NCBI GenBank assembly: GCA_002269645.1
Contig: NIVC01001653.1
Coordinates: 5,973-69,972, forward strand
Length of the DNA: 64,000 nt
DNA from: Macrostomum lignano
Lineage: Eukaryota
Direction: 5' to 3'
Shown: positions 11,401 through 22,330 of the stretch, piece after piece
How positions within the stretch are numbered: position 1 is the first letter of the stretch
Layout: each line of letters starts with the position of its first letter
Translations under genes and position numbers: made by a program
The notes under the pieces: generated by a model
The model's database searches: none
What the model was told of the DNA's origin: nothing
Seen by the model: the letters and a program-made list of their open reading frames with translations, nothing else

Positions 11401-13129
11401 GTCGACCGGGGCCGTGCCAAAGGGCTTCAGTCTCGACCAGGTTCGGGAAGCATCGCGCACCGACAGGGACGTCCAGGCGGCGCTGAACGCGATTCGAACC
11501 GGCCGCTGGGACATGCGAGCGGCAGCCCAGCGCTCCTTCAAGTCCATCAGCGGCGAACTGTCAGAAAGCGACGGAGTATTACTCCGCGGTGACCTCATCG
11601 TCATCCCCGAGTCGCTGCGCAGGCCGATCCTTCAACTGGCGCACACCGGTCATCTGGGCGCCGATCGCACCCTTAAACGCCTGCAGACGAAGGTGTGGTG
11701 GCCTCGGATGCGCAGCGACTGCGAGCTCTTCGTCCAGTGCTGCACACTGTGCCAGGCTGCGGCCACCGGATTGCGACAGACACCATTGAGGCCGACAGAT
11801 ATTCCGGACGGTGCCTGGCTGCTACTAGGTATGGATTTCTACGGCCCAGTGCAGGGCCAGATGCTCCTGGTCACCACCGACTTGTATTCAAAATACCCAG
11901 AAGTCAATTTTCTCAACTCGACGACGGCGGAGAGCGTGATCCCCCACCTGCGGAGGCTGTTCGGCAGATACGGCGTCCCGATTGAGGTGGTCACCGACAA
12001 CGGCCCGCCATTCAGCTCGGCAGCTTTCCGCAGCTTCCTCGCTTCGTACGGCATTCACCACCGCCTCATCTGCCCGCTGCACCCAGAATCCAATGGAGCG
12101 ACGGAGCGAGTCAACCGCAGCATCGGGAAAGTGATTCAGACGGCAGTGGCCGAAGGTCGTAACTGGCGGGAGGCTATCGAGGACTGGCTGTTGGCGTTCC
12201 GCACGACACCACATCGAGCGACCGGCCGCGCACCTGCTGAGCTACTCATGGGCAGGACGATGAACGACGGCATCCCGACCATCAAACCATCACAGCTCAT
12301 CGACGTTAACCATGAAGAGGTACAGAGCTGGCACAGAAACTATGTCCAAGACATGAAGGCGCGCTTCGATGATCGCAAGGGTGTCAACGAGCACGGCGTC
12401 AGAGTCGGCAACAAAGTTCTGCGAAAGAAGCAGCAACGTAACAAACTGCAGCTGCCGTTCGAGCCACATCCTTGGACAGTCAAGCAGGTCCAGGGAGACA
12501 CGTGTGTCCTGCAACGCGGCGAACAGTCCTGCATGCGCCACGTCTCGCAGCTGCGGCCCCTGGTCGGAGAGCCTGCCGGCCAGCCTGCCGGAGAGCCTGC
12601 CGGCCAGCCTGCCGGAGAGCCTGCCGGCCAGCCTGCCGGAGAGCCTGCCGGCCAACCTGCCGGCGAACCTGCCGGCCAACCTGCCGGCCAACCTGCCGGA
12701 GAGCCCGCCGGTCTACCCAGCGGTAGCATCGCCACGCGAGAACATCCAAGAGCTGCCCGTAACAGAGTGCTCAGCTACAAATTGTGATCCTAGGGTTTTT
12801 GTGCGTGGGCGGGCCGCTTTGATTGCTTTGGGGTTTGGGCCGGTAGTAACTGAGTAATTGAGCTCGTTTTTTTATCCCCTGAGATCTCTCTGGTTGGGGA
12901 GAATTGTAGGCACCTGCTGCCCAGTGCTTGCATAATAAGTGTTTTTAGTCCTGGTGTGCATTTCCGATGTACATCCAATATTCTTGGCTTTCTGTTTTTA
13001 ATGTACGCAGTCTCAACTGCAGGGTCGCTGCTAAATATATAAATCGATCGCACAGAGCCTACAATGGATTGAGGCTTTATCGGCTACACACAACACATAA
13101 CTTTCTCTCTCTCGGCTTCGCTCTCTACA
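8445..13129 (+). mobile_element. Ty3/gypsy (Mag-like) LTR retrotransposon 1, full length
   Basis: Identical 225-bp TG...CA LTRs (8445..8669 and 12905..13129); 5-bp TSD GAACA (8440-8444 and 13130-13134); PBS TGGCGTCGCAAGC at 8671; PPT GGGGAGAA at 12896-12903; gag-pol inside. Confidence 0.97.
8708..12787 (+). CDS. Single-frame Gag-Pol (two Zn knuckles, protease, RT, RNase H, integrase) with one in-frame TAA at 8942-8944
   Basis: CYRCGEKGHATC and CHNCGKPNHLALAC; MIDSGASCS protease; LDIRKAFYQI...WAHDD RT; VDASPIGLGAIL, YAQIEREALA, TDHRPL RNase H; HTGH...CTLC, DFYGP, TDNGPPF, NGATER integrase. ORFs 8507..8944 and 8972..12787 are in the same frame. Confidence 0.95.
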
Positions 13130-13190
13130 GAACATAAGAGTAAAATGAAAAACAGGAACAAGACAGTGTCAGTTGGCCAACTTGAGACAC

Positions 13191-13520
13191 CTAACCATCA
13201 ATTGCCTGTCCACCAACGCAGCGAGGTACGTATGTAAACACATGGTTGAATCACCCAGTGCATTTGTCCACAGAGATGCCGCCAATGGTTCTGTCCACCA
13301 TGTTGTACAGAATGTCTCGCCGATAGGCCGCCATTGACTGATTCCCGTGCTGCTCAGCTATCGGAGTGATGAAATTTTGCTGGTCTGCTGCCAGTTTTCT
13401 CTTCAGAGTGCCCTTCCAACAGGAGATTGAGTTCTCCACAGGAATCAAAAATGGACTGTATGGTGGAAGCCACTTGACCTGAATGGTGTCCAGAATCTCG
13501 TAGGCTGCTTTTCCGCTCTC
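13191..13520 (-). pseudogene. C-terminal fragment of a DDE_3 (Tc1/IS630-like) transposase
   Basis: WLPPYSPFLIPVENSISCWK is the LPPYSPxLNPIExxW motif; the frame continues CTG*FNHVFTYVPRC (TGA for Trp at 13251-13253) to a TAG at 13191-13193 inside the left TIR. Confidence 0.8.
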
Positions 13521-15548
13521 CCTGACCTCACGATCGTGTTCGCTGTTGACCTCTTGACTACAAGTTGGCGCGCCAGTTCCACAAGTCATCCCCAACAATC
13601 AGCAGCCCTTATGATACGGTCTCTGTCACTGTTGCTTAAACAATAGTGCAAACTATTTGGAACTGGCGCGCCAACTTGGAGTCAAGAGGTCAACAGCGAA
13701 CACGATCGTGAGGTCAGGCCAGGCAATTGATGGTTAGGTGTCTCAAGTTGGCCAACTGACACTGTCTTGTTCCTGTTTTTCATTTTACTCTTATGTTCGT
13801 CGATATGCTGTGTCTTATCCCTCTGTCGAAATAGAATGTGACTTTGTTTCTTTTGAATTTCAAATCTGCGCATGCGCGTCACTCAAGGACAATTTAGGCC
13901 ACAGACAGTCTGAATTGAAGTTCTTCTGTTTCAATAGAAAGGAACTTTGTTTGATTTGAATTTCCTCAAGGGCTGATATTTCTTAAAGTGTTTGAATTGA
14001 AGTTCTGCTTGTTTCTTTTGAACAAGACTTTGTTCAAAATAGGAGGTAAAATGGTGTATTAAAATTATTTTTTATTTAGCTCTGTGAGCATAAGACTTGG
14101 GATGCCTTTGTGCGAGTAGTGTATGATTATCATCAGCAGAGTGCGTTTGAGAGAAAGAAATCGTCTATCTAGTGTAAATAAGATCTATGGACAACACACA
14201 TTTTTTTAATTTGTCACAAAAGCCCACGCTTTCAAGTCCTGCATTGGGGCAGAGCAGTTCAGTGGAAAACGCGGCGCCTGACTCTCTCGCGCCACGACCT
14301 GTTCGGCCACATTCATTCGGGGCTTTTTGTGTGCTCGAACATTGGCCAGAGATAATTCACTTTGTACTGCGGCAATAGGAACAGTGCGACCGCTGCTTTT
14401 CGTCAGTAAAAAAAAGCTTAAAAAGCCGACATGGGTGCTTAAATTTTGAGTTCAGTAGCTTAGGGACGTAGTCGCTATTTTTTTAAGAAGTTAATAGAAC
14501 TTCTAATTAAGTTGGAGTAGATCAAAGATCATATATAAGATCTATGGAGTAGATAAGTTCAACACACAGTGAATAGATTTCGACTATCAGCAGAGCTCTG
14601 GAAAAGCGGAAGAAAATTGTTGGTAGAGACGCTGTTGTTGACATTCCAGCGGTACTCAACAACCCACAGACGGTTGCGAGAAGGCAGCAGTTTGTCCAGT
14701 GGCTCACGAGCGTTCAGACCAAATTGATTATTGTTGTACCAAATTAAATGCCGCTGTGCCAGCCTTGCTACCATAGACAAAAGCTCCGTTGCATTGGCAA
14801 ACGTATCTTGAATTAAATTCAATGCGCGTAAGCCCAAATGGGCTGCAAAAAGCAAATATTAGAGACCGGCTCAATGTTAAACTCGAGGTTTTCTTGGACT
14901 CATGGTTGCAACTGTATGAAAATGTCATTCTGCACCATTTTCCAAAATTTGATTCTGCCGCTCAGCGTCGGATCGACGCATTGAAAGAAGAGGCTACTGT
15001 ATTATGAGATAAAGACGCACATGTATGCTTAAGAACGACCAGCAGTTAACTATTGTTAGCACTGACAATAGGGAAAGTTTAATATACGAGTTATTTAATG
15101 TTTGTCATGCCCCGATTTTAAAAGAAGATTTTAGTTTAACGGACTGACCAATTAAAGTTTTATTGAAAATAGAATAAAAATTCTTCGGCCAAGAACATTT
15201 TTTGCTAGCTTTTAGAAGACTAGTTTGCCAATAGCATGCCACTCAAAGTTATTCTTCTTTAAAACTGTGTTAATGGCGTCTAGCGTCGTGTTTTGTGTAC
15301 GCGGTTGAGACCGCTGCGTGCTGTTGCCAACCACTCAGTGATGAGTCCCTCCCAGACTGACCCCCTCTTGTCTATACAGTACTGTGTGTTAGCTCTCATG
15401 CTAGTGAGGTTAGCACAAAACCACACCTGCGGTACAGCTCATTAGCCAAGCATATCTAAAATGCAGTATCAAAAAGTAGTTAAACTAATTATAGGAATGC
15501 AAAGTTGATTTTCCATACAAGATTTATCAATTAACACGACAGCCTTTT

Positions 15549-16141
15549 ATGATTGCACTGCTGTCATCAATGATTGCACTGCTGTCATCAATGATTGCAC
15601 TGCTGTCATCAATGATTGCACTGTTGTCATCAATGATTGCACTGTTGTCATCGATGATTCCACTGTTGTCATCAATGATTGCAATGCTGTCATCGATGAT
15701 TGCACTGCTGTCATCTATGATTGGACTGCTGTTATCAATGATTGCACTGTTGTCATCAATGATTGCACTGTTGTCATCGATGATTCCACTGTTGTCATCA
15801 ATGATTGCGATGCTGTCATCGATGATTGCACTGCTGTCATCTATGATTGGACTGCTGTTATCAATGATTGCACTGTTGTCATCAATGATTGCACTGTTGT
15901 CATCGATGATTCCACTGTTGTCATCAATGATTGCAATGCTGTCATCAATGATTTCACTATTGTCATCAATGATTGCAATGCTGTCATCGATGATTGCACT
16001 GCTGTCATCTATGATTGGACTGCTGTTATCAATGATTGCAATGCTGTCATCAATGATTTCACTATTGTCATCAATGATTTCACTATTGTCATCAATGATT
16101 GCACTGCTGTCATCAATGATTGCACTGCTGTCATCTATGAT
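15549..16141. repeat. 21-bp minisatellite (ATGATTGCACTGCTGTCATCA), ~28 copies with 6-8-mer higher-order blocks
   Basis: Direct reading; the GGACTG marker variant recurs at ~15723, 15849 and 16017 (spacing 126 and 168 bp). Confidence 0.95.
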
Positions 16142-17057
16142 GGCAGCGCTATGAGACGGCACGTTGCAAAAATTTAATCAATTATTTTAGCCCACAATAC
16201 TAAAATGACTGGTGTATATTTAGTTAGGTATGCGATTGATTTCAGAAAAAAAGCTCAAACGATTTTCCTGTAACTTAAAATGCTACCAAAACAGTTTAAA
16301 CAAAACTCATAGCAAAAGCGTTTTCGAACGTTTAAATGTTGCTTTACTTAAGTCTTAGTAGTTGAAAGTCAAAGAATGCAGGTATTGTGGTCAGAGAAGC
16401 AGGTATATGAAGGCGCTTTGCTTTGCTTTTTTGGAGAAGGCAGACTTGCACAATGGCCGGTTTTTAACCAAGCTTAAACATCGCACGACTACGCAGGAAT
16501 GAAAAGCTTTAGAATGCTTGAAATTTATGTCAACAAGTCTATTCACAAAGAAGTCGCCAGAGAAGAGAAATAAAATATGAAATGAAATTCTGGCGCACTG
16601 CGAGCCACAATGCTCAGCGCTGGCTATTTTAGTTTATTGCCAAGAGAAACAACATAAAGCCTGGCAATTGCATTCTCAGCCGAGCTGCCCCCTCAATATG
16701 GTTGCTATGGCCTTAAAGTCATGCCTAGCAGCAGGGGTTTGCAGATCACGCCACCCGAGAGACTGTGCTCTCCTGCCCTGCTCAAACTCTGCGCGCGGCT
16801 CACGCCATGGCGCGACCGTCGCCGCCATGTTACACCGGACGCCCCCCTGGCACAGCGCAGCGAAAGCAAGCAACCCCCCCCCCCAGTCAGTTTGCCATTG
16901 GCACACATCTCGCACCCCGCCGCAGTGAGGTGGGCTTGGATCAGGGCGTCTCCGCCGTTGAATATTTAATGCTCCGTGTGCCCAGCCCAGTTCTCACACA
17001 AGCCCCGAATTAACTATCGCGAACTGACCAGTGAGCTGAACTCGAACAGACCGAAAG

Positions 17058-17480
17058 ATGGGAGGAGAGTTTCAGAATGGACTTTGCGGCTGCTTCAATG
17101 ACTGCGGTAAGTTGATTCACACTTGCAGTTCCAGCTAAAACCACAAGTTCCTCACCGTGCGACACTGGACCAATGCACTGCCTTTGAAATTATCCGCAGG
17201 TCTGTGCGTGATCACCTATTTTGTCCCCTGCTACACCTTCGGCAAGAACGCCGAAGCGGTCGGGCAGAGCTGCGTACTATGCGGCTTGGGCATGTTCTTC
17301 GGCTTCGCCATCTGCCTGGGCCCGTTCATCCGCGGCAAAATCCGCGAGAAGCAGGGCATCGACGGCAGCTGCTGCGGAGACGTGCTGACCTGGTGGTTCT
17401 GCTCGTTCTGCGCCCTGATGCAGGAGGCCCAGGAGGTCAAGGGTCTCAGTCCTAGCGGGGCTGCTATCGAGAGAGAATGA
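17058..17480 (+). CDS. PLAC8/cornifelin-family Cys-rich protein (exons 17058..17106, 17200..17480)
   Basis: MGGEFQNGLCGCFNDCG|LCVITYFVPCYTFGKNAE...RGKIREKQGIDGSCCGDVLTWWFCSFCALMQEAQE is the PLAC8 domain pattern; in-phase GT-AG intron. Confidence 0.93.
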
Positions 17481-18578
17481 AAGCTGCGACTGACTACGCA
17501 CCATCACGAACTACCCACGCTGGTTATCGTATAAACGACACTAATGTAGCACTTTAGTTTGAAACATGACCCGTTAATCTCTTTTTTCTCGCTCCCTCAA
17601 GCAGGCTTTTTTTCCCAGCTGAAAAAAATCAATGACTTATTTGTTCGATTTTAAATAAACGAGTTTTATAACAGTGCATCTATAGTAAGCATACTATGAA
17701 GTAGAAAAGTACGATTGCAACAACGGTGTGCATGTGTTCAAGCGAATTTGCGACAGCAATGCGGTGGGCTAAAACTGAACTGTGATAAAGTATTGTGCAG
17801 AACTTTAAACAAAAGATTGCATGCTGAGCAGATCTGCTCAAACAGACAGACTCTTGGGCGTATCGTAGGAAATTCTAATTAAAATTCTTTCCAAGCTGCA
17901 TCTGGTTCGAGACTGTGTGCCTCTCTTTGTCTTGCTGGTTCGTTTACTCAGAGAGCAGCGTTTAAACAATCTAAGGCTTCTTTTAAAGCCGTCCTATTTT
18001 GTAGAGCGTCTTTCAAAAAACTTACAAAAGTTTTAGTCTTATCTACTACTAAAAGTATTGAGATTGAATGGCCAAGGCGGACAAGGTGCTTCCGGAGCTA
18101 TACATGCTGAAATGTTTGGCCTCAGAAAGTATAGTTACCAGGAACGCACCAGAAAGACAGCTGGGGACTTTGGACTGGGATGAGGGAGTGTTTCCACTGT
18201 ACAATGCATTTCGCTTCACTGCCCTCGAATTTTCAGCTGCGTCCCACACAGAGTCAGGCCCGGCCCCGTGTGAACCAGAATCTGAAAGAACATTGAGGGA
18301 TGAGGGAAAGGGAGGGTTCAGTCCCGAGGTTTGAATGCGGCTAATATCTTTTACTGCAGGAAAGGCTTGGAACCTTTCGATCCTGCACAAACAAGAGGGA
18401 TGGGATGAGGGGTGAACCAGGCGGAACACTAGAGACCCAGGTACCTGACCTAACGGAAGAATCTGTAGACTGAAGCAAATAAGAGGCTGCAATTCCTTGG
18501 CTCGATCCATTGGCAAGACAGTATTACAGTTTGAAAAATTGAAAAAGGTGCGATTGATTGACAAACAGCAAGAAAGCA

Positions 18579-20773
18579 ATGCCGACAGTTCGCAGTGTTG
18601 TCAGGAACTTCCACGAGTATGGTCACAGAACGTCAATGCACGGTCTGGGCCATATGTACCAGAGCGGCGATCTGTGCCGGAAGGCGTTCTGGTTCGTGCT
18701 GACCATTGCGGGAACCTGCGCCTGCTTCTTCCACGTGATCATGACGGTGCAGAACTACTTGGAGACGCCGGTCACCTCCATTCTGATTGATGACGCAGCG
18801 ATGGCCGAGTTCCCGGATGTGACCCTGTGCAACTTGAAGCCGATGTCCGAGTCGCTGGGCGAGTACTACAAGGATGTGGTGCACCAGCACTTTGAAGACA
18901 ATTGGGGCTTCTTTGAGCAGTGGTGGCCTAATGAGAGAAAACGGCAGGTTAATGAGTCCCGAGTTGACTATCAGCGAAGACTTAGGAAAATATTTGAGCG
19001 CTACCTGCAGATATTCTGGGTGTCGGACGACAGCCGAGACCTCGGCATGATGGACAAGGTGATGCTGCTGCACTGCTCCTTCAATGGAATTCCGTGCGGC
19101 CACAAGAACTTCAGTCTGGTGCAGAACTACCGGTACTGGAACTGCTACACGTTCAGTCCGTCGCCGCAATTCAGATTTGCAAGCAGCGGTCACACTGAGG
19201 ACACGGGCTTGAATCTGATTCTGTACACGGATAGCAACTTTCACGAGTCAATCTACGACCAATTCGCTGCTTATAGTCGACAAAAGTTTGACGAAGAAGA
19301 GATGACGCATCCCTATTCGCTAAAGGAGTACATTACGACAGGTGGACGCACTTTCAATAGAATTCTTTCAGGCGGGCGGTACGACATTGAAGGCATTAGA
19401 ATCTGGCTGCACATGAGAGTTGATCATCCCATGATGTGTAAGTTTTAATCTGATTTACTGTGTGAAACGCCTGTATTAATATGCAAGTAAATACACGCAT
19501 GCGTGCCATGCCATTTTATTTCCAGCCTCGATATACAACGACGTTCAAAACGGCAAGTCGGCTTTGGTTCACGTGGATCAGATGCAATACGTGACTCTGA
19601 ACCAGCCAGGCGAGCGGCAATGCACCAATGATCCGCAGGAGATCATTGAGTACACAACCAGCTTCGGTCACAACCCCAGCACCGAGAGGAAGCGCCGGTA
19701 CACCAAAACCGACAGAGAATTCGCGGTGGAGGCGAAGCAGCAATTCGTGTTCGATAACTGCGGCTGTTATTCGCATCATTTCCCTTTCCACGTCAATCTG
19801 ACGCAGCTCTGCTATTTCGTGCCGCTGGCGCTCAGGCGACACCCGAGCAAGAAGCTGCTGGACCGCGTAGCTTGCCACGACGAACACCTGCGCATAGCTG
19901 AAGAGAACTCGTACAATTTTATCCAGGACTACCTCAAGTACAAGCCCTGTGAGTACAGGAAGTTCACCACATTCAAGACCATCAGCACATGGCCTAGAAG
20001 CGATGAGCACATCGACTTTGTGAACGAGTTCCTCATCCCCAAGATGCAGAGCGGCAAGGAGTTCATCGGCAAAGGAGACGCTCACGTGCATCACATTTTC
20101 AATTTTACCAATGAAAACTCTGCCGCGTTATTAAATAAACCGATCTTGAGCCACGAGGAGCTGGCACTGAGTCGACTGCTCAACCAGGATTGTCATCCGA
20201 ACAAGAGTGCGGAGGACTCAATCCGCGACATGTGGTGCTTAGACAAGGAAAAGATGGCCTACAACGTGCTGCAAGTGATTATCAGACTTACTTCACCAGC
20301 GGCTGCGAAATACGAGGAGAAATTCAGCTACGAATGGCCGGAAGCTCTCTCTGAAGTGAGTTACTGAAGTCCTGAAGCAGGGAGAGCGTATGTTTTGCGA
20401 CCTGTAATTATTTAATGATCCTTAAATATGCTGAAGCTTAGAATCAAGCTTTGCTCATGTAACGTCGCATAGGTCTCAGCTTAATAAAAATTGCTACACA
20501 ACATCACTATTTCATTTATCTCAGATCGGTGGAATATTCGGCCTGTGGGTTGGAATGAGCCTGCTGACTTTCTTCGAATTCATTGAGCTTTTCTACGTCA
20601 TGGTCGTCAGCCGCGATTCCAGGCCTCAGCAGCAGCCGAGCGGCGATCGCGAGAGTCTGCCAAATAGCAGCAGCATGCAGCATCAGATGGAGCTGCTGCT
20701 CAGCCGCCTGATGGAGGAGGAAACGATCCGGCGAGCTCCCGGTCCCGTACAGATGACAGCAGGGCGACGGTGA
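18579..20773 (+). CDS. DEG/ENaC-family (amiloride-sensitive, FaNaC/ASIC-related) channel, paralog 1; exons 18579..19437, 19526..20355, 20525..20773
   Basis: N-terminal TSMHG motif; TM1 FWFVLTIAGTCACFFHV; FPDVTLCN; CSFNGIPC; NCYTF; GLNLIL; TM2 LSE|IGGIFGLWVGMSLLTFFEFIEL; both introns in phase. Confidence 0.95.
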
Positions 20774-21616
20774 CATCGGCATTAAAACGCCTGGCCGAAT
20801 ATTTACCCAAGCGACGGCTAACTTTTCCAAGAGTGCTCGCGGCAGTTACGTTGAAATTGGTACAATTACTACATTTTCTTTTGCTAACAATTTTCATCTG
20901 ATTTTAACGTGCTTGAAGATTGATCGTAGTAATGTACTGTGATGTCATCCAGAATGCATCCCGTGACTTCGAGATATGAAGCTCTATAATACTGTAGAGG
21001 CCAGTGAAACTTGAGTATTCAGCAATGCTGAGGACAAAGTCTACGAGCCATCCACTATCCACCATCAAAAGCTGCCGCAGCAGCACAACTCTGCACCAAG
21101 CCTACTGCATCCGAAATAGAGAAATTGTATTCGCGAGAAGGCTTGACCGCGTGCACTTTGATAACAAAGACAGCCGTATTGATTTTTTCGACTCCTTTCG
21201 ATTATTTTCGTTACCAAGTTATAGCGTTGATCCTGCCACTATTGCACAGGTAAGGGGAAAGCCAGTAAAAGACTGCCCTGCAAAACCAGTTCAAGTTCTT
21301 TGTAAGGATTTACACAGATGAATCGAAGTGTTTTGGTAATCTAAACAGTTATGTAAACAATTGCATATTGTAGCATGGAATCGGTGAAAAAACGAATAAG
21401 CTTAGTTTTCAGGAGTCATATATAATAGTCAGCACTGTGTAAGTTACACTTAAACTTTCTGCACATAGGTAGAATAATCTATGTTACATTGGTTTCAAAT
21501 TTCTATAAGGAAATCAGGTAAAAACTACTTGCTTGGCTTTTGCTTCAGGTTTACTATGGTAAAGTAGAAAGCCATGAACCCACTCAGCTTCGTACTGATG
21601 GGTATTTTATCGTATA

Positions 21617-21761
21617 GGGGGTTGTAGCCTAGTGGTTAGAGCGTCGGACTCACGACTGAAAGGTCGGGGGTTCGATTCTAGATACAACTCAGAACAATTT
21701 GTGTCCTTGAGCAAGACACTTAACTCTGCATTGCTTCAGTTCACCCAGCTGTAAAATGGGT
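21617..21761 (+). mobile_element. 3'-truncated copy of the tRNA-derived SINE
   Basis: GGGGGTTGTAGCCTAGTGGTTAGAGCG...GGTTCGATTC head plus the CORE-like block; similarity to the other copies stops after GTAAAATGGGT. Confidence 0.85.
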
Positions 21762-22330
21762 TTTGGCACAATTTCAAAAGTAGTTAAAATTAATACTAGC
21801 TCATAGTTGCTACTAAAATCAGAAAGTCTCTGCCATTCCTTTTGCAGCTTCATTGGCAAAGAATTAAATTCAAAAAAATTTGACAAACACGAGAAAGAAA
21901 TCTTAATCCGCTAAATTTAATTGTCACACGCTTTTTAAAAATTGGGTAGGCTTCCCAGCTGAGGTCACGAACACAGCGACCATGTTGTCGCTTTGGATTG
22001 CATTGCGACGCTAATTGCTATTCATTTTGGAATAAACCGAACTGGAAACTCACTGGGCAATTTGCCTGGTTCAGTTCACTCACGGCATGATAATGAGAGT
22101 GGAACAGTAAATGGGGAGTCATATCTGAGCTGCGAATCTTGCGCTGACCGGAAGCCGGAAGTTATAGAAACAATTTGGCCAACCCTCGGACCAAGCGCTC
22201 ATCCATTGGGCCTGAACTCGGATGAGCATAATTTCCCCAGTTAATTGCCTGTCATATAAGCATACTCACCAAACTCGGGAAAGCTCCACTCCCTTAGTCC
22301 CACTGCACCTGCCCAGCCTAGCAGCCAGCC

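Larger units (their letters stand above)
8182..14056. mobile_element. Non-autonomous Tc1/mariner-IS630-type DNA transposon (~1.19 kb own sequence, ~337-bp TIRs), interrupted by a gypsy element
   Basis: TA|CACCATTTT at 8180-8190 and AAAATGGTG|TA at 14048-14058. Left TIR = 8182..8444 + 13135..13208; right TIR = 13720..14056 (reverse complement, roughly 96% identical by eye). Internal DDE_3-type transposase remnant. Confidence 0.88.

Noticed and set aside
9029-12857. Numerous overlapping and antisense ORFs within both gypsy elements and the GC-rich exons
   Set aside because: Shadow ORFs of GC-rich coding sequence with no independent motifs.
14559-15007. Short ORFs (98 aa minus, 72 aa plus) as a gene or TE remnant
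   Set aside because: No motif I recognise, interrupted frames and no convincing splice pattern.
16662-17013. GC-rich patch upstream of the PLAC8 gene as an exon or MITE
   Set aside because: Only a 6-bp TGGCAA/TTGCCA terminal match, no TSD and no coherent frame.
18049-18560. 88-aa and 176-aa ORFs upstream of channel paralog 1
   Set aside because: No recognisable domain; could be UTR or promoter sequence.
21617-21690. tRNA gene
   Set aside because: It has A/B boxes but runs directly into the SINE core shared with two other copies, and I could not form a convincing acceptor stem.
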